DNA from: Squalus acanthias
Taxonomy: Eukaryota
DNA length: 64,000 nt
Reading direction: 5' to 3'
Assembly: GCA_030390025.1 (NCBI GenBank)
Contig: CM059431.1
Location: forward strand, 108,378,001-108,442,000
The notes below the pieces were generated by a model. That model ran no database searches and was not told the origin of the DNA. It worked only from the letters and a program-made list of their open reading frames with translations. The translations under genes were made by a program, and so were the position numbers. Positions 1 to 12,675 of the stretch are shown here, in pieces (positions within the stretch are counted from its first letter, which is position 1; the number at the start of each line of letters is the position of its first letter).

Positions 1-871
1 TTGATTGCGATGGTGGTCTGGCCGTTGAGTGTCTTGCTGGAACTTTCTGCTTCTCTCCTCCTCCTGCTCGTGTCGTGTGGCTGGTAGACCCGTCTGTGTC
101 TTGCTGGAACGTGCTGCTTCTGGAACAGAGCCGAGAGAGAGCTTCTTGGGGGTTTGGGCCCTCAATTATACTGTTCGGACCCTTTGTCTTTTTCGCGCCA
201 AAACCCCTAACTAAAACGGTTTCGTGTTGAAGTGATTTAGGTTTCAGTTGAGGCCTGTTCATTCCATTGTCTTGGTTTTGTGGGCTTGTTAAGTTTTGAT
301 GGGTTTAACTTGGTGTTAAATTGTCCTGAACTCTCTTCTTACTGAACTGTTGTAACTGCTTGATGGGCCTTCAATTATACTAAATTGAAGTGGCCTTGTC
401 AAAACCAAATCAAATCCTGGTCATTGTAAGACTCCGTCAACAGTTTACTAAGTGTCAAATGGCTTGCGTCCTGTCGATCTGTTGTTCAATCGGAGCCCGC
501 ATTGTTTTCATGTTTTGGGTTTCTTGCTGGGCCTAGCACTCCTATCTTTATGCATGTCTTTAATGGGTTCTGTGATAGGTTTTAATGGTTCCTGTGTTTT
601 GGGTGGGGTTGCCTTCTCCCAGGGCCTATTGTCCAAATGTTAATGTTTGCTGGGGCTTGAATTCCCAGACAATGCAATACCCAAAACTGCTATTTAAAGA
701 GGTTGATCCCACGTCCTGTGCAGCCTTTACTCCCTTACATGTCCAGACGTGTTCTTTTAAAATGCCAAAGCTTGGTTTTGGTCTTAAATTCCTTATTTTT
801 ATCACTCTGGGGTAGTTCCAAAGTCCTTTTTCCTTAGGTTTTGGGGATCTGCAAATTTTGGAAACTTTACA
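1..871 (-). mobile_element. LTR (5' part, truncated by window edge), same family as solo LTR at 11408-12675
   Basis: Reverse complement begins TGTAAAGTTTCCAAAATTTGCAGATCCCCAAAACCTAAGGAAAAAGGACTTTGGAACTACC, near-identical to the start of 11408. It abuts an L2 3' tail at 872. Confidence 0.85.
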
Positions 872-1176
872 TGTATTTATATAGCGCCTTTAATGTAGTA
901 AAATGTCCCAAGGCGCTGCACAGGAGTATTTTCAGACAACAAATTTGACACCGATCCACACAATGATAAATTAGGGCAGGTGACCAAAAGCTTGGTCAAA
1001 GAGGAAGGTTTTAAGGAGCGTCTTAAAGGAGGAAAGAGAGGTAGCGCGGCGGAGAGGTTTAGGCAGGGAATTCCAGAGCTTAGGGCCTAGGCAAAAGAAG
1101 GCACAGCCACCAATGGTTGAGCGATTATAATCAGGGATGCTCAAGAGGGCAGAATTAGAGGAGCGCAGATATCTCT
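872..1176 (-). mobile_element. L2-type LINE 3' end fragment
   Basis: ORF 971-1186 has the LINE ORF2 C-terminal motif GPKLWNSLP...FKTLLKTFLF. Same tail as 24934, 34441, 39290 and 54160. Confidence 0.8.
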
Positions 1177-2304
1177 GCTTTCCCAATCTGGCGGGGTGTA
1201 TTCATTATTGCCCATTTACCGCCACCAAGCAAAATGACTTTATAGCCCGTTATTTTTTGTCAATGTGTTATCAGAGTTTCTGACTTTGATCTCCAGCCAA
1301 CATTGTAGCATTGAATTCCAGTGTGGAATACTGGGTGGGTGTGAGATATATGTTTGACTAGAGTGGCAAGAACAATAAATAAACATGCTTTGTTTTGAAA
1401 GTTTCTATTCCATTGACACAAGGAGTCTTGATATCCTCCCTCTTCCTCCAACAGGACTCAGTTCTCCTGCTGTATGCAGATGATTGCAGAACATCCTACC
1501 AGTGGTAAGTGCTTACCGACAGTGTTCAATGTCACTGGAACTGCGCTATTCAAAAACTGGCACAGAAAAACTTCATCAACTTTGACAGAACCATACAAGT
1601 AAGCCAATTAAACTAATCAGGTTGATTTTTGGCTAATTTCTGCTGCTGTGAGGGGAAAAGCAATGTCTGTTCTATTTCTGGTTTCTCTTGAGACTTTTTA
1701 ATTAAGTTCTCCTATTCTTTCATTAGCTATCCTAGCTGTAGACACATTGGCCTCAATATTTTCGGGGAGCCAGGGAGGATGCAGGTGAGGCCGAAAATGG
1801 CTGAAGGACCAGGCAAGGCCGGGGGACGCGGAGGTCCTGCTGAACTTAAAGGCAGGATCTCATTCACACTTTTTAGCTCCATTTCCCTCCCGGGCAGCCA
1901 GCCAAATGGACACCCCGGCACATGGGCGGGAGGGAACACCAGCGGCAGCAGGCCACAGCCGGGGGATCCTTGGGGACAGACCCGGTAATCGGGAGGGGGG
2001 GGTCAGTGACTGCAGCAGGGCGGGGGGTGGAGGGAAGGGAAGAGAGAGGCCACTATCGGCGGGGGTGGTGGAGGCAGAAGACTTCCTTGAGGGGCCAGGG
2101 GAGCTCTCCTGTTCCTCCTGGCCCATAAAGAGTGCTGGATGGGACACTTACCTTGTGATACCAGCAGCTTCCATATCCCTTTCACTGCCAGGTTTCCCGA
2201 ACCCTGGGAAACCCATGCAGCAACAGTGAATTTTATATCAGGCTCCCAATTATACTGTGGGAGCTCGATTTAAATATGTTTATTACATATTATGATTTAA
2301 ATAA

Positions 2305-3068
2305 TGGCCCATATTTTCCGACCCTGCGGGTGTGTACGAGCTGTGTACACACCCATAGGGGCCTCACAAGTGTCGGTTTCAGGCATGCGAAGCGCACGCG
2401 CTGAAAACCAGCACTTGCGATCTCTCAAGAATCCACTTGACTGATCCTCCGCCTGCCCTGGAGAAGGGCCTCTGCGGGTGGGGAGTTCCGCTTTCTGCAC
2501 AACTTCCGCCCGCTGAAAGCCTTTAAAAATCTTATGCCTGGTAAAAGCCTGCTTAAGGCCTGTTGTTACCAGCATAAGAGTTTAAAAAAGTAAAAAAGTA
2601 AAAAAAAGTCACTCATTTATAATTTAAAAATACTTTTAAAAAAGGTAAGTTTATTTTTAGCCCCGTAAAAAACTTTAATTATATTTTCAAAAAATTAAAT
2701 TTTTGTTTAAAATATTTAATTTAATGTAATTTTAATTAATTTTAAATATGGGATTTTAAAAAAAATATATGTTTAATTGTATTTTTTGAGTGATCCCCAT
2801 TCATACTTTTGACAGTTCTGTGTGTAGAGACCTGTCAAAAGTGTGAAGGGGAATTCTCTTCTTTGATTGGTTCCCCATGGCCCACGTGATCCCAGGGACA
2901 CTTGCGAACCGCCTGCGCCCCTGGGATACCTGGGCCTCTGCGGCGCGCACCTGGAGAGGCCCGGGAGCGGAAGTCTCGGGACCTACGGAGCCAGCAGGTA
3001 AGTTCGTAGATTTTTCCAGATCAGAGGCATCTGCCCGCAGGAAGCCTCCGATCGGAAAATCCGGCCCC
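2305..3068. mobile_element. Harbinger-type MITE nested in 1749-3365
   Basis: TIRs TGGCCCATATTTTCC and GGAAAATCCGGCCCC, with TAA on both flanks (2302-2304, 3069-3071), the PIF/Harbinger-type TSD. Confidence 0.65.
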
Positions 3069-3094
3069 TAATTATTTAAATATATTTAAATATG

Positions 3095-3190
3095 AGGTAG
3101 AAGATCAGCCATGATCTTATTGAATGGCGGAGCAGGTTCGATGGGCCAAATGGCCTACTCCTGCTCCTATTTCTTATGTTCTTATGTTAA
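3095..3190 (+). mobile_element. CR1 LINE 3' terminal fragment
   Basis: GGCCAAATGGCC stem-loop followed by a (TTCTTATG)n tail. Confidence 0.75.
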
Positions 3191-4021
3191 TGAAGTGCCC
3201 CGCCTCTCCACGGCAGCACACTCGAATGCCCCAAAATCTGCCGCCGCACGGGCGCCTGCGCGGCATGTTGGGAATGCGTTCCTCATATTTAAATTTATCA
3301 TCCATCCCCCCACCATCCCTCTCCCGCCCACAGGGCAGGTGGGAGGTGGGGTTAATATTGATGCCACTATCCTTGTCTTTCAAAATTTTACAAGTTGAGT
3401 CATGTCGCCCCCTTAACATTAGCTTTCAGAATTTCCCATGAAACTAATCTCCACGTGTTAAGTAGGCCAATATTTCAAGTGGCCTTTGACTTCAGGTCAA
3501 GCACTGGTCATTGATTAAGCTTGAAAGCAGAATTCTGTTCAATGCTACAATTAGGAAAGGTGATTGCAGCAACACTTACAGCCCAAATCAAGTTTTTTAT
3601 TTTTGTTTGAGACGGGAGAGAGGTGGGTGGTGTTGGAGCAAGAAAATATTACAAGCATTTGTGCGTGTCTGTATATCTGTTTTGGTGTCAATCAGTACTT
3701 TCATTGCATTGATTTAACGAGCATCATTGTCTTGTAATCAGTCTCAAAGAATACTTCATCAGGGTTGAAAACAAAACTGTATAAAGATGTGATTGGTGAA
3801 GCAGTGACTCAGTCACATTGTAAATTGTGCCATCACGACAAATTTTTCAGTGTTGATGAAAAATGAAGAATAAACAAGAAGGACAATTATAAGCAATTGC
3901 AATCCTTCTGCTCATTCTAAAATGCACATTGTAAAAGTAAATAATGAGCTAAATTTTGGTGAAATATCACCCTGTCTTATAACCACGTGCATACATATAC
4001 TGTTTGCGTTCACTTAAAGAG

Positions 4022-4430
4022 TCTTTTTTTTAAATTCATTCACAGGATGTGGGCCAGGCCACTGACAAGGCCACCATTTATTGCCCATCCCTAATTGCCC
4101 TTGAGAAGGTGTGGTGAGCCGCCTTCTTGAACCACTGCAGTCCGTGTGGTGAAGGGACTCCCACAGTGCTGTTAGGGGGGGACTTCCAGGATTTTGACCC
4201 AGCGACGATGAAGAATCGGCGATCTAGTCAGGATGGTGTGTGACTTGGAGGGGAACTTGAGGTGATGGTGTTCCCAAGTGCCTGCTGCCCTTGTCCTTCT
4301 AGGTGGTAGAGGTGGCGGGTTTGGGAGGTGCTGCTGAAGAAGCCTTGGCGAGTTGCTGCAGTGCATCTCGTAGATGGTACACACTGCAGCCACGATACGC
4401 CGGTGGTGGAGAGAGTGAGTGTTTAAGGTA
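4022..4430 (-). mobile_element. LINE family B (CR1/L2 group, clade uncertain) 3' end
   Basis: ORF 4172-4492 HSLHHRRIVAAVCTIYEMHC matches the copy at 6858-7283. Confidence 0.75.
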
Positions 4431-4828
4431 CCCAAGAAGGAAGTATTGATATTTATTTTTTCAGCACTCTTCAAAAAACTACAAACTTTCAATATGATTG
4501 CAGCAGAATTTCAACTCTTTAAATCAAAAGAAATTCAGAAATGCATTATTGATGTACTGTGAGCATGTCCTTTTGGTGCACAAAATTAAGACTGTTTCAA
4601 TTTTTAAACATTTGCTACAACTGATCATCTTGCTTTCAAAATTATCCTATTAACTCTGGTCTATCCTAGGTCAGAGAATGCGGAGTCAGGGGACAAGTAG
4701 CAGAATGGATAGTTAGCTGGCTTCAAGACAGAAAGCAGAGAGTAGGGGTAAAGGGTAACTATTCAAAGTGGCAGAAGGTGGGTAGTGGTGTTCCACAAGG
4801 ATCAGTGCTGGGACCACTGTTGTTCACA

Positions 4829-7338
4829 AAGGAAGATGGTTGTGGTGGTTGGAGTGAAGGGATAATTACTAGTCCCAGCCCTTTTCGGGCTACCCCAGAT
4901 CAGGCGTATTCCCCAGACGTTCCCCTTCAACTAAAGTTAGAGATAGCCGAATCCTATAAGATGCTTAATTGGGTCTAAAGGTCCAGACTATCTCTCCCTA
5001 AAGGAAAGAAACGACCTGAAGATATTACCGTCCTCCAGATAGAACTTTTAATAAGTTTAACTAGACTGTAACCTTCCGGATATTATGAGGGTCCGGAAAA
5101 TCTCCCCAGGACTCTGCAACTCCTGACCAAAGAGTGTACAGAGATTGAGTTTGCAAGTTTGATACAGAAATACTATGTGAGACAATTCTAAAAATATATA
5201 GATTTATTAAAGAACCGATATGCAGTTAACAGTTGGTGATTCAATCGCAACTTTAACAGTTCAAAATACAAATAGCTTACAATTCTTCTCAGAGATCCTT
5301 ATTCTCAAATCTTAACTTTGTTATATTTCCACACTTTATACTTATTTATAATCCAGGATATCCACCAAAATCAAATAAAAGTACCTTTTGAACCCCGAGA
5401 CTCAGAGTTAAAAACTTACAGAGCCTGCCTCTGAAGTTGAGAATCGCTTGCCCTTTCCAGCGACTTCTGACTTCCTATCTGAAAGCTCTATATTTTATAC
5501 CCTTTCTCAGTGGTATATTCTTTGAAGTTTTCTGCTGATGTAACCTAATTATCTCTAGTCATATTTCTGTTGACTTCTTTCTATTCTTACTGTCAGTTCA
5601 GCTGCTGCATGCATAATTATATCTGCTGCGTAGGTGTTTCAAAACTTATCATAAAAATGGTTATAACAGATTTATCTATTTGATGCCTTTCTTACGAAGG
5701 TCTTCTGTTGAATTCTTAAATCACTTTAGCTGCTTGAAAGCAGACATCGTGTCTCCTAGTTGTTCCATTTTCAACACAAACACAATGTGATTGCTTGGTG
5801 CATCTATTGATGTAATATTTACAAAGTCTTCTGTTTGTACCTTTTACAATATATAAATCAAAAACACTTCAACCGAGTACTTGATTGTTTCCCCAGCCAT
5901 CTTAGTTGGTTATATTACAAACTTATGTTTCCTATCTTTCATTTGATGTTACTTTTACAAAGACATATGGTTTTTTAATGTTCTGTGTTTCTGTTCGAAG
6001 TGTTAGTTTTTAATACTTTAAACTGGGTAATGGTAATGTGTTGGTTCCAAACTGCAGACTTTCTGGAAGCAACCCTTTGCTTCTTCAACAGGGCCATTGC
6101 TTTAGTGTCAACAATCAATTCCCATTTCAAAAGCTTGTATGGTGTTTACAGCTTTGTGTTAACAAGCTCATCTTATCTCAGAAGCCTGTATTTACAGCTT
6201 TGTGTCGTTGAGGCTTTTAGATTTTTAAACCTAATTTGTCATATTTTAATAATGTCAGAATTCTGTTCATAGGATGGTGTATTTTTCTGAAATATGGCTA
6301 TTCCTTTACAGGAGGTCAATCATCACAGCCCCAGGACAATGCTGCAGGAGTTCCTCAGGGCAGTGTCCTAGGCCCAACCATCTTCAGCTGCTTCATCAAT
6401 GACCTTCCCTCCATCATAAGGTCAGAAGTGGGGATGTTCACTGATGACTGCACTGTTCAGTGCCATTCGCAACTCCTCAGGTAATGAAGCAGTCCATGCC
6501 TGCATGCAGTAAGGCCTGGGCAACATTCAGGCTTGGGCTGATAAGTGGCAGATAACATTTGCACCACAGAAGTGCCAGGCAATGACTATCTCCAACAAGC
6601 GAGCGTCTAACCACCGCCCCTTGACATTCAATGGCACTACCATTGAAAAAGGAATCTCTCACCATCAATATCCTGGGGGGTTACCATTGACCAGAAACTT
6701 AACTGGACCAGCCACATAAATACTGTGGCCACAAGAGCAGGTCAGAGGCTGGGTATTCTGCAGCGAGTGTCTCACCTCCTGACTCCCCAAAGCCTTTCAA
6801 CCAACTAAAAGGTACAAGTCAGGGGTGTGATGGAATACTCTCCACTTGCCTGGATGAGTGCAGTTCCAACAACACTCAAGATGCTTGAGTCCCATCCAAG
6901 ACAAAGCAGCCCGGTTGATTGGCATACCATCCACCACCTTAAACATTCACTCCCTCCACCATCGGCATACCGTGGCTGCAGTGTGTACCATCTATAAGAT
7001 ACACTGTAGCAATTCGCCAAGGCTTCTTCGGCAACACCTGCCAAACCCACGACCTCTACCACCTAGAAGGACAAGGGCAGCAGACGCAGGGGAACACCAC
7101 CACCTCCAAGCTCCCCTCCAAGTCACATACCATCCTGACTTGGAAGAATATCGCCGTTCCTTTATCATCACTGGGTCAAAATCCTGGAAGTCCCTCCCTA
7201 ACAGCACTGTGGGAGTACCTTCACCACACGGACTGCAGCGGTTCAAGAAGGCGGCTCACCACCACTTTCTCAAGGGCAACTAGGGATGAGCAATAAATGC
7301 TGGCCTTGCCAGCGACACCCACATCCCATAAATGAATT
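4829..7338 (+). mobile_element. LINE family B, 5'-truncated RT to 3' end, interrupted by a solo LTR
   Basis: [21 protein letters not shown]...MFTDD at ~6345-6450, A-rich 3' end at ~7338. Confidence 0.8.
4855..6310 (-). mobile_element. Solo LTR (1456 bp)
   Basis: TG...CA termini with imperfect inverted ends and a 4-bp TSD GGAG (4851-4854, 6311-6314). Minus-strand TATAAAA near 5495 and AATAAA near 5205. The host LINE is contiguous across it. Confidence 0.8.
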
Positions 7339-10300
7339 AAAAAAAAATTACATTATTGATTTAGACTTTCGAACCAAAAACACAATTTCTAAATTTGTGG
7401 ATGATGCCAAATTGGAGGAGATATCCAATACTGAGGAGGACTGCAACAAATTACAGGAAGACATTAATAAACTTGTAGAATTGGCATATAATTGGCAAAT
7501 GAAGTTCAACACAGATAAAAGTGAGGTATTACATTTTGGTAGGAAGAATAAGGAGGTCACTTTTTACTTGGAGGTGCGAGTTTAGGTGGGGTAGAGGAAC
7601 AAATGGATCTCGGAGTACAAATACACAAATCACTAAAAGTAGCGACACAGGTTAGCAAGGCCATAAAAAAAAGCAAACAAAGCACAAGGATTTATTTCTA
7701 GAGGGATAGGATTGAAAAGTAGGGAAGTTATGCTAAACCTGCATCGAACCTTGGTTAGACCACACTATAAAATATTATAAAAAGGATTTAGAGGCACTGG
7801 AGAGGGTGCAGAGAAGATTTACAAGGATGACACCAGAAATGCGAGGGTATAAATATCAGGAAAGAATAAACAGGCTGGGTCTCTTTTCTCTTGAAAAAAG
7901 AAGGCTGAGGGGTGACCTAATAGAGGTCTTTAAAATTATGAAAGGTTTTGATAGATTGGATACAGAGAGAATGTTTCCACTTATGGGGAAGATCAAAACT
8001 AGAGGCCATCAATATAAGATAGTCACCAAGAAATCCAATAGGGAATTCAGAAGAAACTTCTTTACCCAAAGAGTGGTGAGAATGTGGAACTCGCTATCAC
8101 AGGCAGTGGTTGAAGCGAATAGTACAGATGCATTTAAGGAGAGCTTGGACAAGTGTATGAGGGAGAAGGGAATAGAGGGTTACGCTGATAGATTTAGATG
8201 AGGAAAGACAGGAGGAGGCTCAAGTGGAGCATAAACGCCGGCATGGACTGGTTGGGCCGAATGGCCTGTTTCTGTGCCGTATATCCTATGTAATCCTATG
8301 TAATCCTAATGACCCCCTTTTCTTCTATCTACTTGTTGTAAATTACTCCCATCGAGTAGTTAGGTTGGACGGCTAGGAGAACTGTTATATTGATGTTAGG
8401 CCAACTGGTTTTCAATTCGAAGCCCAGTCAGGTATTGCTTTTCCAATAATAGTAAGGTCAAGCAAAAGGCCAAACAGCAAAAATAAAATAAGTAATTTAT
8501 ACAAATAGCAAAATATGGCAGTTCTGTCAAATACTGTCACTATCCCTCAGTTCTATATTGATGTTATTCTGACGAGTTTCTTAAGTTATCAATGAGAAGT
8601 AGCAATGAACCAATATATTACAATCCTTCTAAATTAGGATAGTAAATTGCACCTAAGCATAAGTAACATTTAAAGGAGTAACTCGTATGAAAGTTAAATG
8701 AAGGATGCAACCTAAATCAAGGTCGAGAAACTATTATAATCATTATTCATCAATAATACAGGAAGGCATCAATAAACTTGCAGAGTGGGCATGTAATTGG
8801 CAAATTAACTTCAATATACATAAGTGTGAGGTGGTACATTTTGGTAGGAAGAATAAGGAGGCCTCATATTCCTTGGAAAATAAGGGCTGGATTTTCTCAA
8901 TGATCATAAGAAAGAGGAGCAGGAGTCGGCTATTCGGCCCTTCGAGCCTGCTCCGCCATTCAGTGAGATCATGGCTGATCTTCTGCCTCAACTCCATTCA
9001 CCGGCCCTATCGCCATATCCCTTGATGCCCTTACTAGTCAGAAATCTATCGACTTCTGTTTTGAATATACCCAATGACTGAGCCTCCACAGCCCTCTGGG
9101 GTAGAGAATTCCAAAGATTCACCACCCTCTGTGTGAAGAAATTTCTTCTCATCCCAGTCCTGAATGGTCTACCCTTTATCCTGAGGCTGTGGCCCATGGT
9201 TCTAGACACCCCAGCCAAGGGAAACATTCTCCCAGCATCCACCCTATCAAGCCCTGTAATAATTTTGTATGCTTCAATGAGATCCCCTCTCATTCTTCTG
9301 AATTCAAGAGAATACAGGCCTAGTTTACTCAATCTCTTCTCATACGACAGTCCCACCATCCCAGGAATCAATCTCGTGAACCTTCGTTGCACTCCCTCTA
9401 TGGCAAGTATATCCTTCCTTAGGTAAGGAGACCAAAATTTTACACAGTACTCCAGGTGTGGTCTCACCAAGGCCCTACATAATTGGAGTAAGACTTCTTT
9501 ACTCCTGTACTCAAATCCTCTTGTAATGAAGGCCAGCATACCATTTGCCTTCCTAATGGCTTGCTGCACCTGCACATTCACTTTCAGTGACTCATGTACA
9601 AGGACAGCCAAGTCCCTTTGATCATCTGCATTCCCCAATCTTTCACCATTTAGGAAATACTCTGCCTTTCTGTTTTTTCTACCAAAGTAGATAACTTCAC
9701 ATTTATCCACATTATATTCCATCTGCCATGTTCTCGCCCACACCTGAGCCTGTCGAGATCCCCTTGAAGCCTCTTCACATCCTCTTCACAACTGCCACTG
9801 CCACCTAGCTTTGTCTCATTAGCAAATTTGGAAATGTTACATTAAGTCCCCTCATCCAAATCATTGATATAGATTGTGAATAGCTGAGACCCAAGCACCG
9901 ATCCTTGCGGTACCCCACTAGTCACAGCCTGCCATCCTGAAAAATACTCGTTTATCCCTACTCTTTGTTTTCTGTCTGTTAACCAATTCTCAATCCATGC
10001 TAGTATATTACCCCCAATTCCATGTGCCCTAATTTTGTTCACCAACCTCTTGTGTGGGACCTTATCGAAGGCCTTCTGAAAATCCAAATACACCACATCT
10101 ACTGGTTCCCCTTTGTCTACTCCACTAGTTACATCCTCAAAGAACTCCAATAGGTTTGTTAAACAGGATTTCCCTTTCATAAATCCATGTTGACTCTGCC
10201 CAATCTTACTATTAGTTTCTAAGTGCCCAGTTATTGCATCCTTTATAATAGATTCCAGCATTTTCCCAACTACTGATGTGAGGCTAACAGGTCTGTAGTT

Positions 10301-11407
10301 CCTCGTTTTTCTCTCCCTCCTTTCTTAAATAGCGGGGTTACATTTGCTATCCTCCAATCTGCAGGAACCGTTCCAGAATCTATAGAATTTCGGAAGATAA
10401 CAACCAATGCATCCACTATCCCAATGGCCACCTCTTTCAAAACCCTAGGATGTAGGTCATCTGGTCCTTGGGATTTATCAACATTTAGTCCCATTAATTT
10501 TGCTAGTACTGTTTTTTTACGAATAATAATTTCTTTAAGTTCCTCATTCTTGCCACACCCTTGGTTTTCTCGTATTTCTGGGAGGTTTTTTGTTTCTTCC
10601 TCCGTGAAGACAGAAACAAAGTATTTATTTAATTTCTCTGCCATTTCCTCATTCCCCATTATAAATTCTCCCATCTCTGACTGTAAAGGACCTACATTTA
10701 CCTTCACCAGTCTTTTCCTTTTCACATTCCTATAGAAGCTTTTACAATCTGTTTTTATATTTTTCGCTAGTTTTTGCTCATATTCCATTTTCCCTTTCTT
10801 TATCAATTTCTTGGTCCCCCTTTGCTGATTTCTAAAAAGATCCCAATCCTCAGGCTGACCGCTTTTTCTGGCAAATTTATAAGCTTCCTCCTTTGACTTA
10901 ATACTAGCTTTAATTTATTTTGTTAGCCATGGTTAGATCACTTTTCCTTTTGGGTTTTTATGCCCTAGAGGAATATATGTTTGTTGCAAATTATGCATTA
11001 TTTCCTTGAATGTTAGCCATTGTATGTCTACCTTCATACCTTTTAGTGTAGTCTCCCAATCTACCATGGCCAACTTGTCCCTCATACCCTTGTAGATTCC
11101 TCTCTTTAGATTGAAGACCTTAGTTTCAGATTGGACTACATCACTCTCAAACTTAATGTAAAATTCAATCATATTATGGTCACTTGTCCCTAAAGGCCCC
11201 TTTACCACAAGATTATTGATCAGCCCTTTCTCATTACACAGTACCAGATCCAGAATAGCCTGTTCCCTGGTTGGTTCCTCCACATACTGATCCAGGAAAC
11301 CATCTTGCATGCATTCCAAGAATTCGTCCTCCACACCATTAGTGGTAATTTGATTTGTCCAGTCAATATGTAGATTAAAGTCCCCCATGATTACTGTATT
11401 GCCCTAG

Positions 11408-12675
11408 TGTAAGGTTTCCAAAATTTAAGATCCCCAAAACCTAAGGAAAAAGGACTTTGGAACTACCTCAGAGTGATAATATGCATTTGGGCCTAACATA
11501 AGGAATTTAAGACCAAAACCCAAGTTTTTGCATTTTAAAAACATGTCTGGGGCCTGTAAAGGGAGAAAAGGCTGTGAAGGAAGTTGGGATTTGACCTCTG
11601 TAAAAGCAGTTTTGGTTATTGCAGTTAATTGCAATGTCTGGGGAACTGGGATGATCTCACTCAAAGCCCCAGCATGCATTAACATTTTGACAATAGACCC
11701 TAGGAGAAGACAGTCCCAACCAGAACAATAGGTCCCATCAAACCGATTACAAGGCCCATCAAGAAATATGCATAATACAGAGCACCCAGGACTAGGCTAT
11801 AGATCAGCCTAGGAAGCCAAAACATGAGGACAATTCAAACTCCGATTAAACAACAGATCGACAGGTTGGAGCTTTCCTGAAACCACTTCACACATTTACA
11901 AAACCAGTTAACTCGCTAGTAAAGTCGTTACTGTTAACGAGGCCTTACAATGACCGGGATTTGATTTGGTTTTGATAAGGCCACTTCAATTTAGTATAAT
12001 TGAAGGCCCATCAAGCAGTTCAACAGAAAGCAGTAACAACAGTTCAAGTTCGAGTTCTCCAGCAAGGAGTTCAACAAGCAGGCAGAAGGCAGTTTCCACA
12101 GTTCTGCAAGAAGGCAGTTTCCACAGTTCTGCAAGAAGGCAGTTCCACAGCTTGGAAGAAGACAGTTTAAACAGAGGCAGAGTTCAACAGAAAGAAGTTC
12201 AACAAAGAAGGCCAACAGCTCCAGAAGTAGGCCGACACGCAAGAAGAAGCCAGAGCGACCGCCTCAGTGACCATCGGACACCTCGCGGCAACAAGGGCCT
12301 TACGAAACCTTTTACTCAGAAGACTCCAAACCCTAACTCTCAACTGTCAAGGATTCGTTTGGTGAGCATTATCCCTGGTTCTCCAGAGTCCAACCTAGCT
12401 AGTGAAGTGGGATTGGGAGGGATGAAGTATTCTTCTAATGTTATTTCCCTCGCTTGTACCGAAGTGTTCCCCACCTTTAGAGTGTTAAGAGTGTTTGTGT
12501 TGTGTTTTACTTTATTGAATAAAGATCAAAGTTATTTCATCAAACTCAGTTCTCTGCTGCACCTTTTGTATCACAACCCCCAGATAAGTCCAAGGTCTAG
12601 AACCAAGGGAGTGGAAGCGATTCGAACCGCTCAGAAGTCAGAGGCAAAGCTGACACAAAAACACCACCCCCTACA
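11408..12675 (+). mobile_element. Solo LTR (1268 bp) inserted in CR1 endonuclease region
   Basis: TGTAAGG...CCCCCTACA termini, 4-bp TSD CTAG/CTTG (one mismatch), TATAA at 11995, AATAAA at ~12518. Confidence 0.85.
12084..12150 (+). repeat. 25-bp tandem repeat (~2.7 copies) inside LTR R region
   Basis: AGAAGGCAGTTTCCACAGTTCTGCA twice plus a partial copy. Confidence 0.85.

Larger units (their letters stand above)
1749..3365. mobile_element. Non-autonomous TIR element (Harbinger-like), outer element of a nest
   Basis: Imperfect TIRs GGCCTCAATATT (1749) and AATATTGATGCC (to 3365), GC-rich interior. Confidence 0.5.
4670..8310 (+). mobile_element. CR1 LINE (RT to 3' end), interrupted at 4829-7338
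   Basis: [13 protein letters not shown] at 4778-4828 resumes at ~7339 (SKFVDD). ORF 7806-8201 is the CR1 C-terminus. Ends in a short ATCCTATGTA tandem tail. Confidence 0.85.

Noticed and set aside
12084..12150. CRISPR-like repeats
   Set aside because: Head-to-tail tandem copies without spacers, in a eukaryotic LTR.
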